From the NCBI GenBank assembly GCA_964437265.1, contig CAYTGY010000003.1:1-38000 (forward strand): a stretch of DNA of 38,000 nt, read 5' to 3'. The number at the start of each line of letters is the position of its first letter. Position 1 is the first letter of the stretch. A model generated the notes under the pieces. The model searched no databases. It was not told where the DNA came from and was given only the letters and a program-made list of their open reading frames with translations. The position numbers were made by a program, and so were the translations under genes. The stretch is from an uncultured Spirochaetaceae bacterium. Its GTDB lineage: Bacteria > Spirochaetota > Spirochaetia > DSM-27196 > SLST01. Positions 23,798-31,787 of this stretch are shown here, piece after piece.

Positions 23798-24526
23798 TCA
23801 CTGCGCCGCGACCGGCGTGACTTCTCCACTGCGGCTGGACTCGAGGATTGCGTGAGACACCTCGAGCGCGCGCAGACCATCGTGCCCGGTGACATCCGGG
23901 GTCCTGCCGTCCCGGATGCAGCCGATGAAGTGTTCGTTCTCCGCGACAAAACCGGAGAGATCATTGCGGTCATTGATCACATCAATGCGCTCGTGCGAAA
24001 GCGACTCGATACTCATACCGCACAGCAGGGCGGGATCGGTGCGCCAGTTGTACTCAGGCGAAGAGCCGGCTCCGCGGGCGATCCGTTGACACCAGATTGA
24101 GGTGAGATCGCCAATGCTGCCTGAGTCGACCATCTCCTTGAGACGGATGAACCCGTGGTGAAAACGGAACTTGAATGCCGTGGCCAGCGTCACCCCGGCC
24201 TCTTTGGCTGCGGCGACTATCCGGGCGCCGTCCTCCACGGAGATCGCCAACGGCTTCTCGCACACGATGTGCCGGCCGGCGGCGGCGGCAGCGCAGGCTA
24301 TCTGCGCGTGAGTGGACGGCGGGGTGAGGATGTAGACGGTGTCTACCAGATCGAAGAGCTCTTCGAGCGACTCACACGCGTGGGCGCCGCACGAACGCGC
24401 CACCTCGCGCGCCCGCGCTGCGTCGGTGTCAGCCACCGCGGCCACCTGCGCGTCGGCAATCTGTTCAAGCGAGTCGATGTGCCGGCCGGCGATTCCGCCG
24501 GCACCGACGATCCCTACTCGTACCAT
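23798..24526 (-). CDS. Gfo/Idh/MocA family oxidoreductase, unusually short (242 aa)
   Basis: Contains MVRVGIVGAGGIAGRH, HIVCEKPLA and SIGDL. After SLSHERIDVI it jumps directly into the C-terminal helix region FVAENEHFIGCIRDGRTPDVTGHDGLRALEV. GAGGAG lies upstream. Confidence 0.7.
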   Translation of the reverse strand: MVRVGIVGAGGIAGRHIDSLEQIADAQVAAVADTDAARAREVARSCGAHACESLEELFDLVDTVYILTPPSTHAQIACAAAAAGRHIVCEKPLAISVEDGARIVAAAKEAGVTLATAFKFRFHHGFIRLKEMVDSGSIGDLTSIWCQRIARGAGSSPEYNWRTDPALLCGMSIESLSHERIDVINDRNDLSGFVAENEHFIGCIRDGRTPDVTGHDGLRALEVSHAILESSRSGEVTPVAAQ

Positions 24527-24553
24527 GATGCTCTCCTCAAGTGGTGCCGGCGG

Positions 24554-25384
24554 CTATCCTTTGATGCCGCCCTGCGTAATGCCGCGGACGATGTGCCGCT
24601 GCATCACGAAGAAAAAGATGAGAATCGGCGTGATGGCAATCAGGATTGCCGCGAATATCGCCGGCCAATCGGCAGTCCACTCGCCCCAGAGACTGTACAT
24701 TGCGACCGGAATAGTCATCACATTGCCACGTCTGAGCATCAGCATCGGCAACAGGAAATCGTTCCAGAACCACATCCCCTGCAAAACCGCGATGGTCGCA
24801 AGAATCGGCCGGAGCAGCGGAAAGACAATCTGGAAGAACATCCGGAACGGCCCGCAACCGTCCACCGTCGCGGCATCCTCGAACCCGCGAGGAACGCTCT
24901 TCACAAACCCGTGGATGATGAAGATCGCAAACGTCGCGTCCATGCCCCAGTAGGTGAGAATGACGGAGAATCGGTTGTTGATGAGGCCCAGCGTTCCGTG
25001 AACCCTGGCAAGCGGAATCATCACGGTGTGAAACGGGACAATCATTGAGAAGGTGATGATGTAAAAAAGCGCCTGGCTGTACCAGGTCTTGGTTCTGGCC
25101 AACTTGTACGCGGCCATGCTCGCCATGGTCTGGATCCCTGCAACCCCCATCACGGTGATGAAGAGCGAGTTGAAGAGCGTTCGAGAGACCTGCAGCGCCT
25201 CCCAGGCGCGGGCGAAACTGCTCAACTGGACCGACTCAGGCAACGAGATGAATGAGAGCATCACCTCCGGATAGGTCTTCAGCGAGTTGAGCACCAGGTA
25301 GACGAGTGGGACTATTGTCAGAACCAAGATAACTGCGGCGATGATCTGAAACAGAATGCGGCTACTCAGACGTGTTTGAAGCAT
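24554..25384 (-). CDS. carbohydrate ABC transporter permease (MalG-like)
   Basis: Start trimmed to ATG 25384 (MLQTRLSSRILFQIIAAVILV...), with GGGAGGTGG upstream and a TAATG overlap with the preceding permease stop. EAA-like loop: EDAATVDGCGPFRMFFQIVFPLLRP. Confidence 0.85.
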   Translation of the reverse strand: MLQTRLSSRILFQIIAAVILVLTIVPLVYLVLNSLKTYPEVMLSFISLPESVQLSSFARAWEALQVSRTLFNSLFITVMGVAGIQTMASMAAYKLARTKTWYSQALFYIITFSMIVPFHTVMIPLARVHGTLGLINNRFSVILTYWGMDATFAIFIIHGFVKSVPRGFEDAATVDGCGPFRMFFQIVFPLLRPILATIAVLQGMWFWNDFLLPMLMLRRGNVMTIPVAMYSLWGEWTADWPAIFAAILIAITPILIFFFVMQRHIVRGITQGGIKG

Positions 25385-26274
25385 TAGAGTTCCACCTCCC
25401 GCCGCTTGGTGTAGCGGACCTGAATGAAGGTGATCAGCATCACGCATAAGAAGAGGAAGAGCGCTTTCGCGGAGGCGTATCCAAAGTTGGACGCCTGGAA
25501 CGCCTCATAGTAGACATCAACCGCCATGGTCTCAGTGGAACCTCCAGGGCCCCCGCCGGTCATTGCAAACACAATTGAGAACACCTTGAACGCGGTGGCG
25601 GTTGACAAGAAGAGCGTTACCGTGAACGTGGGCATCATCAGCGGGATGGTTATGCTGCGAAGCTTGCGTAACGGCCCCGCTCCATCCATGTCGGCGTTCT
25701 CGTAGAACTCGGCGCTGATCATCTGCAGGCCCGCGTAGTAGATGGTCATGTAGTAGCCAACCGTCTGCCACACAAAGCTGATGATGATAGTGGCCAGCGC
25801 CGGAGCCTGGTCGCGATACCAGCTGATATTGAGCGCCTCGAGCCCGATCGCCTCTGCGGCCTGCGGAATGATCTTGGTGAACATCACCTTCCAGATGAAG
25901 GCGACGATCACCAGGCTTATCGCGTTGGGCATGAACACCAGCGCTCGCTGCAGTTTGGCGCCGCGCAGTTTCCGGGAGTCAAAGAGCAACGCGTAGGCGA
26001 ACGCCATGAAGTTCACCGTGAACACATAGATCAGCGCGAAGACTACCGTGACGGTGAGCGTCTGCAGAAAGCCCGTGTCTGAAATGAGTCGGACGTAGTT
26101 GTCGAACCCCAGAAACGTCTTCTCATTGGAGATGCCGTTCCAGCGGTGAAACGAATAGACCACGCTGTTTCCCAGCGGATAGAGGAAGAATGTGATGTGG
26201 AAAATCTCCACGGGAAGCACAAAGGCAAGAAACAGGAGCAGGTTCCGGCCTCGCTTGCCGACGGTTGTTTGCAT
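25384..26274 (-). CDS. carbohydrate ABC transporter permease (MalF-like)
   Basis: Start trimmed to ATG 26274 (MQTTVGKRGRNLLLFLAFVLP...). Loop: YENADMDGAGPLRKLRSITIPLMMP. The track ORF start at 26334 would run through the intercistronic hairpin. Confidence 0.8.
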   Translation of the reverse strand: MQTTVGKRGRNLLLFLAFVLPVEIFHITFFLYPLGNSVVYSFHRWNGISNEKTFLGFDNYVRLISDTGFLQTLTVTVVFALIYVFTVNFMAFAYALLFDSRKLRGAKLQRALVFMPNAISLVIVAFIWKVMFTKIIPQAAEAIGLEALNISWYRDQAPALATIIISFVWQTVGYYMTIYYAGLQMISAEFYENADMDGAGPLRKLRSITIPLMMPTFTVTLFLSTATAFKVFSIVFAMTGGGPGGSTETMAVDVYYEAFQASNFGYASAKALFLFLCVMLITFIQVRYTKRREVEL

Positions 26275-26298
26275 CAAGGTGCTCCGGTCAAAAGGATG

Positions 26299-26329
26299 CC
26301 CCCGACCACACGTCCGCTGCGGTCGGGGG
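26299..26329 (-). terminator. intercistronic GC hairpin after the SBP gene (attenuator/mRNA-stabiliser candidate)
   Basis: CCCCCGACC (26299-26307) pairs with GGTCGGGGG (26321-26329). On the minus strand it is followed by CATCCTTTTGA. It lies between the SBP stop (26357) and the permease start (26274). Confidence 0.45.
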
Positions 26330-26356
26330 AGCATTGAACTACGGCATCAACTCAGG

Positions 26357-27595
26357 TTACTCGTCCGGATACTGAGAGTCGATAGTCTCAAAGAACGCGT
26401 CGCGGTCACCGTCGCGGAGATAGCTCTGCATGGCGGGAGCGACCACCTGCATGTCGAAGCCGGTGGCCCACTTGTTGAACCCCCAGCGGTGCGTTTCCCC
26501 TGAGCTCAGGTACTCTTGCAGCGCCGCGTTGATATTGACTGTCTCGCCTCTCGCCTGAAATCCGTTGAAGGCCATCAACGAGCCGGCCTCCTCGCCCAAG
26601 ATCTGCATCTGCTCCGGCGCCATGAGCCAGTTCAGAAAGTCTTTGGTCTCCTGGATCTGATCGCCGCCTGCGTAGACCGACCATACCGCACTGACGTCCA
26701 CCGAGAGCGTCGCATCCTCAGGATTCTCCGAGACCGGAACGGCGAAGAGACCCGCGTTGAAATCGGGATCGATGCTGGTGATATTACCGACCGCCCAGAT
26801 GCCCTGAATGATCATGGCCGCCTGCCCCTGCGCCAACAGCGCGCAAGCGTCGTCAAAACCGGCGTCAAAGGGACGATCCTGAACATTGGCGTTCATGAGA
26901 TCCACAACATCCATCGCTCGGTCTATGCCTTCAACCCGAAACGTATCTCGCTCGCCGCTCTCCATTTCCTCGGAGAACTGGACGGGGTCACCCACCACCG
27001 GTGTGTGGATCAGTGAGAACAGGTGCCGGAGCGTCCAGACGTCGTTGTAGTAGCCGGCAAACGGGAGGTATCCCGCATCCTTCACTTGCTCCACAACCTG
27101 CTCAAGCTCACTCACGGTACGCGGAACGCTCATGCCTAGTTCTTCGGCGATGTCCATATTGTAGACCACGCCCATGGCGTTGGTTGCCGGCGGCATCCCC
27201 CAAAGCCGGCCCTCATGCCGACCGGTGTCCAAGATGCTATCGGGATACTGCTCAAGGACCGGCAGGTCACCGATCGGCTCAAGATGACCGGCCTCAGCGA
27301 AATCGATCAGCATGGCTCCGGCCTGAATAGCGAACAGATCATGGACATCGCCGCTTGCCAAGACGGTGCGGAGCGCGGCCCAGTAGTCGTCCCCGCCCAG
27401 CCGTACGACCTCCACCGTCACATTCGGGTTGGCTTCCTCATACGCAGGAACGATCTCCTTGAGCACACGAAGATAGTCCTGTCCATGCTGGTTGAACCTG
27501 ATGGTAATAGGTTCATTGCCCTGCTCCTCGGTTCCAGTGGCGAACCCGGCCACGCCGACGACCACCATTAGCATCAGTACGAAAACACGTTTCAT
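26357..27595 (-). CDS. extracellular solute-binding protein, family 1 (sugar)
   Basis: Start trimmed to ATG 27595 (MKRVFVLMLMVVVGVAGFATGTEEQ, a signal peptide with no lipobox), with AAGGAGGA upstream. About 412 aa with typical sugar SBP composition. Confidence 0.8.
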   Translation of the reverse strand: MKRVFVLMLMVVVGVAGFATGTEEQGNEPITIRFNQHGQDYLRVLKEIVPAYEEANPNVTVEVVRLGGDDYWAALRTVLASGDVHDLFAIQAGAMLIDFAEAGHLEPIGDLPVLEQYPDSILDTGRHEGRLWGMPPATNAMGVVYNMDIAEELGMSVPRTVSELEQVVEQVKDAGYLPFAGYYNDVWTLRHLFSLIHTPVVGDPVQFSEEMESGERDTFRVEGIDRAMDVVDLMNANVQDRPFDAGFDDACALLAQGQAAMIIQGIWAVGNITSIDPDFNAGLFAVPVSENPEDATLSVDVSAVWSVYAGGDQIQETKDFLNWLMAPEQMQILGEEAGSLMAFNGFQARGETVNINAALQEYLSSGETHRWGFNKWATGFDMQVVAPAMQSYLRDGDRDAFFETIDSQYPDE

Positions 27596-27642
27596 TGTAT
27601 CCTCCTTGTTGAAGAGCATTGCGCTCCTCAGTGAGTCATCTA

Positions 27643-27662
27643 CAATTGGATACATCCAATTG
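27643..27662. promoter_or_regulatory. palindromic operator CAATTGGAT-AC-ATCCAATTG
   Basis: 9-bp perfect arms around a central AC. The 18-nt core at 27644-27661 is identical to 36702-36719. It begins about 20 nt downstream of the -10 of the SBP operon promoter. Confidence 0.7.
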
Positions 27663-27682
27663 GTTCGTCTTGAACAGGAAGC

Positions 27683-27712
27683 AGTATAACCGCCCTTCTC
27701 GTCGTCTGTCAA
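27683..27712 (-). promoter_or_regulatory. candidate promoter of the SBP/permease/dehydrogenase operon
   Basis: Minus strand: TTGACA (27712-27707), an 18-nt spacer, then TATACT (27688-27683). Confidence 0.5.
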
Positions 27713-27779
27713 ATGGAAAGTTTCCTCGCTTCAAAGACGCGTATTCTCCACCTGAGAACGGCGGAAGGGAAGATCGAGG

Positions 27780-27808
27780 TTGACATTGGCCTCTGCTTGC
27801 CCAATAAT
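27780..27808 (+). promoter_or_regulatory. candidate promoter of the regulator/GH65 unit
   Basis: TTGACA (27780-27785), a 17-nt spacer, then AATAAT (27803-27808). GGGGAG lies 7 nt before ATG 27875. Confidence 0.35.
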
Positions 27809-27823
27809 TGGATATGCCCAATA
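27806..27823. promoter_or_regulatory. degenerate copy of the operator overlapping the regulator promoter -10
   Basis: AATTGGATATGCCCAATA matches AATTGGATACATCCAATT at 14 of 18 positions. The left half-site AATTGGATA is perfect. Confidence 0.4.
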
Positions 27824-27874
27824 TCCGTGTTAGCCGAGAGTTCTGTGTTCGGTGAATTGATGGGGAGATGACGT

Positions 27875-28987
27875 ATGCACGTTCAGCGAGACAGCAAAGA
27901 ACTCTTTCACCGCCAGCTGCGATCCATCCTGCTTGATCAGATCAAGGACGGAACGCTCGCTCCCGGACAAAAGATCCCTTCCGAGCGTGTCTTGAGTGAA
28001 ATGTACGGCGTAAGCCGCACAACGGCAAAGGCTACGGTCTTGCAATTGTTGAGCGAAGGTCTGGTGGTACGGGCAACCGGCAAAGGGACATTCATCAGCG
28101 AGGATCTGGACCGGGACCGGCTGCAGGTGGAGCAGACCGGCACTGTCGCGTTCGTCCTGAACAAGCGCCGGGCGTATCGGGTTCCGTTGATAGAGGACGC
28201 GGTCTACCTGAGTCTCTCGCAGAGCATCCAAGAAGAGATTGGCAAGAAGGGCATGCACCTCATGACCGCAACCGTGGATGACCAGGACGTTGGTGAAGTC
28301 GTTTCCTACAAGGCGCTCCTGGACAAGGTTGATGGTGTTGTGATTGCTGAACCCCGCAGCAGCCAGCTGGCCGAGTACGCACGCGCAAAGCACACCCCGG
28401 TGGTATTTGCAAGCCCAAGCGAGGAACACTCACCAATCGACACCGCTGACATAGACAACGAGCAGGCGGGCTTCGAGGCCGCGCGATATCTCCTGAACCT
28501 TGGTCATCGTCGGATCGCGTACGTGAAGGGACCCGAGGCGATTCTGGCAACGCGCCTGCGATATGAGGGATTCTGTCGCGCGTTGGCAGCGGCCGGCGAG
28601 TCGGTTGACGCAGGACTCGTCGCCTCCGGTGAGGGCTGGACCATTGAAGACGGAGCGCATGCGTTCACCAAGCTTTTGGCTCACGACCGCCCACTCACCG
28701 CCGTGGTGTGCACCAACGACCTGCTGGCAATCGGCGTGCTTCGCACCGCCCGCGCGAACGGCATATCCGTGCCCGATCAGGTGAGCGTGGTCGGCTGCGA
28801 CAACATCGAGTTGGCCGCACATTCAGATCCACCACTGACCACCATGGACAACCACATCCGGTCCATAGGAAGGGCCGCTGTCCGTCGCTTGATGGACCGC
28901 ATTGAGGGAGACGACGGACCGCCCCAACGGATACTTTTCCCCGCATCGATTGTGAAACGTGGGACGTGTGCTCGTGTCGCTCAGTGA
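27875..28987 (+). CDS. chimeric transcriptional regulator: GntR-type winged-HTH N-terminus plus LacI/PBP1-type sugar-binding domain (AraR-like architecture)
   Basis: The N-terminus LFHRQLRSILLDQIKDGTLAPGQKIPSERVLSEMYGVSRTTAKATVLQLLSEGLVVRATGKGTFI is GntR-like. The remainder (VDGVVIAEP..., RRIAYVKGP..., VVCTNDLLAIGVLRTARANGISVPDQVSVVGCDN) is LacI/GalR effector-domain-like. Confidence 0.8.
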   Translation: MHVQRDSKELFHRQLRSILLDQIKDGTLAPGQKIPSERVLSEMYGVSRTTAKATVLQLLSEGLVVRATGKGTFISEDLDRDRLQVEQTGTVAFVLNKRRAYRVPLIEDAVYLSLSQSIQEEIGKKGMHLMTATVDDQDVGEVVSYKALLDKVDGVVIAEPRSSQLAEYARAKHTPVVFASPSEEHSPIDTADIDNEQAGFEAARYLLNLGHRRIAYVKGPEAILATRLRYEGFCRALAAAGESVDAGLVASGEGWTIEDGAHAFTKLLAHDRPLTAVVCTNDLLAIGVLRTARANGISVPDQVSVVGCDNIELAAHSDPPLTTMDNHIRSIGRAAVRRLMDRIEGDDGPPQRILFPASIVKRGTCARVAQ

Positions 28988-31787
28988 CCGGGACGCCGTG
29001 GCCGGAATCATTCGCTCACGCCAGATTCAGGCTCTGGTGCTATACGGGCAGGAGCTGTGCTCGACGATCCTCTCTCTCCCGGACCTGTTGAGCTCCTTGG
29101 CAAAGACGGTGGGAGTAGGGACGCCGGAATCCGGCGGGATCGCCCTCTGCATAGCCTGTCCGGATCCGGAGCCGACGGCCCAAAGCTTCCTCAACGCCGG
29201 CGTTCACTCAATCTCGGCTATCGAGGTGGATGACGGTGATCTCGAGCGCGTGGTTCGCCCCGGACCGGAGGCCGCGGCGATCCTGCAGCGCCACTGCACG
29301 ACGAACGCGGCGCACATTGCGGTGCTGCATGACGGCTGCCTTTCTCACCTGCCGGCGTCCGACGCAGGCCCGCGATTGGTTGAGATTGCTCCCAGGATCG
29401 CTCCAGAAGTCGACATAGATGCACTGCTGCACACCGGTTGGCCCACACCGCTCAATCGGGACCCATGGGCGATCATCGAAGAGAGCCCCGATTCACGGCC
29501 ACCCGGCCACTGGGAAACGGTGCTGGGCTTGACAAACGGATACGTCGGGTGTCGAGCGACGCACGAGGAGCGCGGCACGGCTCTACGACGTTACGGTGCT
29601 ATGTTCATCAACGGCGTTCGGTCGAGACGGCCGTACTCGCACCCGGTTGAGTTCCCCGGATTCGCCACGCACTATCAGGGCATTGTCAACGTGGGCGAGT
29701 GGCGCCTCTTTGGTGTCCTCCGGGACGGTGCGCCGCTCGAGCCGCTGGATCCGGCACACCTGCGCTCTTACGATCGGCGGCTTAACCTGCGTACCGGCTG
29801 TGTGGAGCGATCTCTCACCACCGCTCACGGTGAGACCGAGCTCCAGATCAGCTCCACCTGGTTGGTTTCTGCAACGCGCCCGCACATTGCGGCGGCACGC
29901 TACGAAGTAACGCTCCCGCTGGGAAACTCTACGTGTGAGCACGAGCTCTTCGCGGAGCTGGTACGAACACCGGCCACGAATGCATTCGACGAACCGCGGG
30001 TTCGGGTCACGCGTGACGGCAGCGAGGAGCACACGGAGCCCGGCGGGCCCGAGACGGGACGGATCACGTGGCACATCCTTGCCGTGGAGAAGTCCGAGCA
30101 GATTGTGGCGATTTGCGTGCATACCGCGTTTACAGGTACGGAACCGCCACGCGAGTACGCGACCTCCGATGGACCACTCCAGCGAGCCCGCATGACCGGC
30201 GACCGCGCCGAAGTCCAGCGGACTCTCTGCATCCACGACGGCGTTCGCGGCGAGGAGGATGCGCTGCTCCAGAAGTGCCTAACGGAGATCCGTAGCTGCG
30301 CGGGGGTCGGCTTCCGCCGGCTGAGCGAAGAACAAAGCGCACACTGGAGACGGACGTGGGAGCGGATTGGCGTTCGTGTGGAAGGCCCGGACGCAGACCG
30401 GCAGGCGCTCCGGTACGCCCTGTTTCAGCTGCACTCCCACGCTCCCTCCCAAGACGGTCACTCGATTCCCGCAACCGGACTGGTTGGCGACGGGTATGGG
30501 GGGCATATCTTCTGGGACACCGAGATCTACATGCTACCGTTCTTCAATCTGACCAACCCGGACCTGGCACGTCACGCGCTGATGTACCGGTACCACCTTC
30601 TCCCGAGAGCACGGAAGCGAGCGCGGGAGATGGACGGGCGCGGTGCCCTGTTCGCCTGGAACACCATTGACGGCGATGAATGCGGCGTGGTGTTTGAGGC
30701 CTCTACTGCTCAGTATCACCTCAATTGCGCGGTCGCCTACGCGCTGTGGCAACACTATCAGGTGACCGGAGATGACGCGTTCCTGCGTGACATTGCCACC
30801 CCAATCGTATGGGAAACCGCGATCTTCCTATCTCACCTTGGGGCGCTTATCCCGGAACGCGACGGGTCGTTCTGCCTCAACGTGGTGTGTGGACCGGACG
30901 AATACGCCTGCGGCGTGGACAACAACGCGTACTTCAACTACATGACGCACTGGCACTTTGGGCTTGCGCTCCACCTGGTCGAGCGATGGACCTCAGAAGC
31001 GCCGTCCGCATGCGCCCGGATGCGCGAAGCGGCCGGTCTGGATCATGACGAGGCAGACAGGCTGCAACAGGCGCACGCCAAGATGTATCTGCCGCAGCCC
31101 AACGCGGACGGGATCATCCCGCAGGACGACTCGTACCTGACCCGCAATCCGGCGCAGATGCGGCTGATCGCACACAATACCGACATCCGCGATCTGATGC
31201 ACCCGCTCAATCTGTGGCGAATCCAGGTCACCAAACAGGCTGATGTCGTCCTGCTCTTCCTCCTTCGCCCCGACCTCTTTGATAACGCGACCCGCAAGGC
31301 GAACTACGACTTCTACGAAGCGCGCACCAATCACGGATCGTCGCTCTCTCCGGCGGTCCACTCGATTGTGGCCAACGAGATCGGATACCGTGAAGCGGCG
31401 TACCGTTACTTCAGCCACTCGGCGCGGCTGGACCTGGATGACTTTAAGCGCAACGCGTGGAAGGGCTTGCATACCGCCTGCCTTGGCGGAACCTGGTTGA
31501 GCGCGGTATTTGGCTTTGGCGGTGTTCGGATAACCGACGATGGGTTCACTCTCAACCCCAGGCTCCCCGATGCATGGGAGTCACTCGAGTTTCCGTTGGC
31601 CTACCGGGGAGCGCACGTCCGCGTGAGCTGTACGCACCGGCGAATCCGCGTCCAGCTTCGCGTGGGTGAGAAGATGCAGCTGACGGTAAACGGTGAGCTT
31701 GTGGTGCTCACGCCTGAACGATGTACGTGGGAATGGGAATCGGCCTCAGCCGGGGAGTTCTCTGCCGCAGAGCTCCCGCCAGAATGA
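28959..31787 (+). CDS. GH65 family enzyme (disaccharide phosphorylase-like) with about 167 extra N-terminal residues
   Basis: Recognisable GH65 sequence begins at DPWAIIEE...LGLTNGYVGCRATHEE (about 29460). Catalytic-domain blocks: GLVGDGYGGHIFWDTEIYMLPFF, ALFAWNTIDGDECG, TNHGSSLSPAVH. The GTG 28959 start overlaps the regulator gene by 29 nt. The true start is uncertain. Confidence 0.8.
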   Translation: MGRVLVSLSDRDAVAGIIRSRQIQALVLYGQELCSTILSLPDLLSSLAKTVGVGTPESGGIALCIACPDPEPTAQSFLNAGVHSISAIEVDDGDLERVVRPGPEAAAILQRHCTTNAAHIAVLHDGCLSHLPASDAGPRLVEIAPRIAPEVDIDALLHTGWPTPLNRDPWAIIEESPDSRPPGHWETVLGLTNGYVGCRATHEERGTALRRYGAMFINGVRSRRPYSHPVEFPGFATHYQGIVNVGEWRLFGVLRDGAPLEPLDPAHLRSYDRRLNLRTGCVERSLTTAHGETELQISSTWLVSATRPHIAAARYEVTLPLGNSTCEHELFAELVRTPATNAFDEPRVRVTRDGSEEHTEPGGPETGRITWHILAVEKSEQIVAICVHTAFTGTEPPREYATSDGPLQRARMTGDRAEVQRTLCIHDGVRGEEDALLQKCLTEIRSCAGVGFRRLSEEQSAHWRRTWERIGVRVEGPDADRQALRYALFQLHSHAPSQDGHSIPATGLVGDGYGGHIFWDTEIYMLPFFNLTNPDLARHALMYRYHLLPRARKRAREMDGRGALFAWNTIDGDECGVVFEASTAQYHLNCAVAYALWQHYQVTGDDAFLRDIATPIVWETAIFLSHLGALIPERDGSFCLNVVCGPDEYACGVDNNAYFNYMTHWHFGLALHLVERWTSEAPSACARMREAAGLDHDEADRLQQAHAKMYLPQPNADGIIPQDDSYLTRNPAQMRLIAHNTDIRDLMHPLNLWRIQVTKQADVVLLFLLRPDLFDNATRKANYDFYEARTNHGSSLSPAVHSIVANEIGYREAAYRYFSHSARLDLDDFKRNAWKGLHTACLGGTWLSAVFGFGGVRITDDGFTLNPRLPDAWESLEFPLAYRGAHVRVSCTHRRIRVQLRVGEKMQLTVNGELVVLTPERCTWEWESASAGEFSAAELPPE

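Noticed and set aside
28959-28987. The 29-nt overlap of the regulator and GH65 genes as a programmed frameshift or fusion site
   Set aside because: There is no slippery sequence or downstream structure. The overlap depends entirely on choosing the first GTG, so it is more likely start-codon uncertainty.
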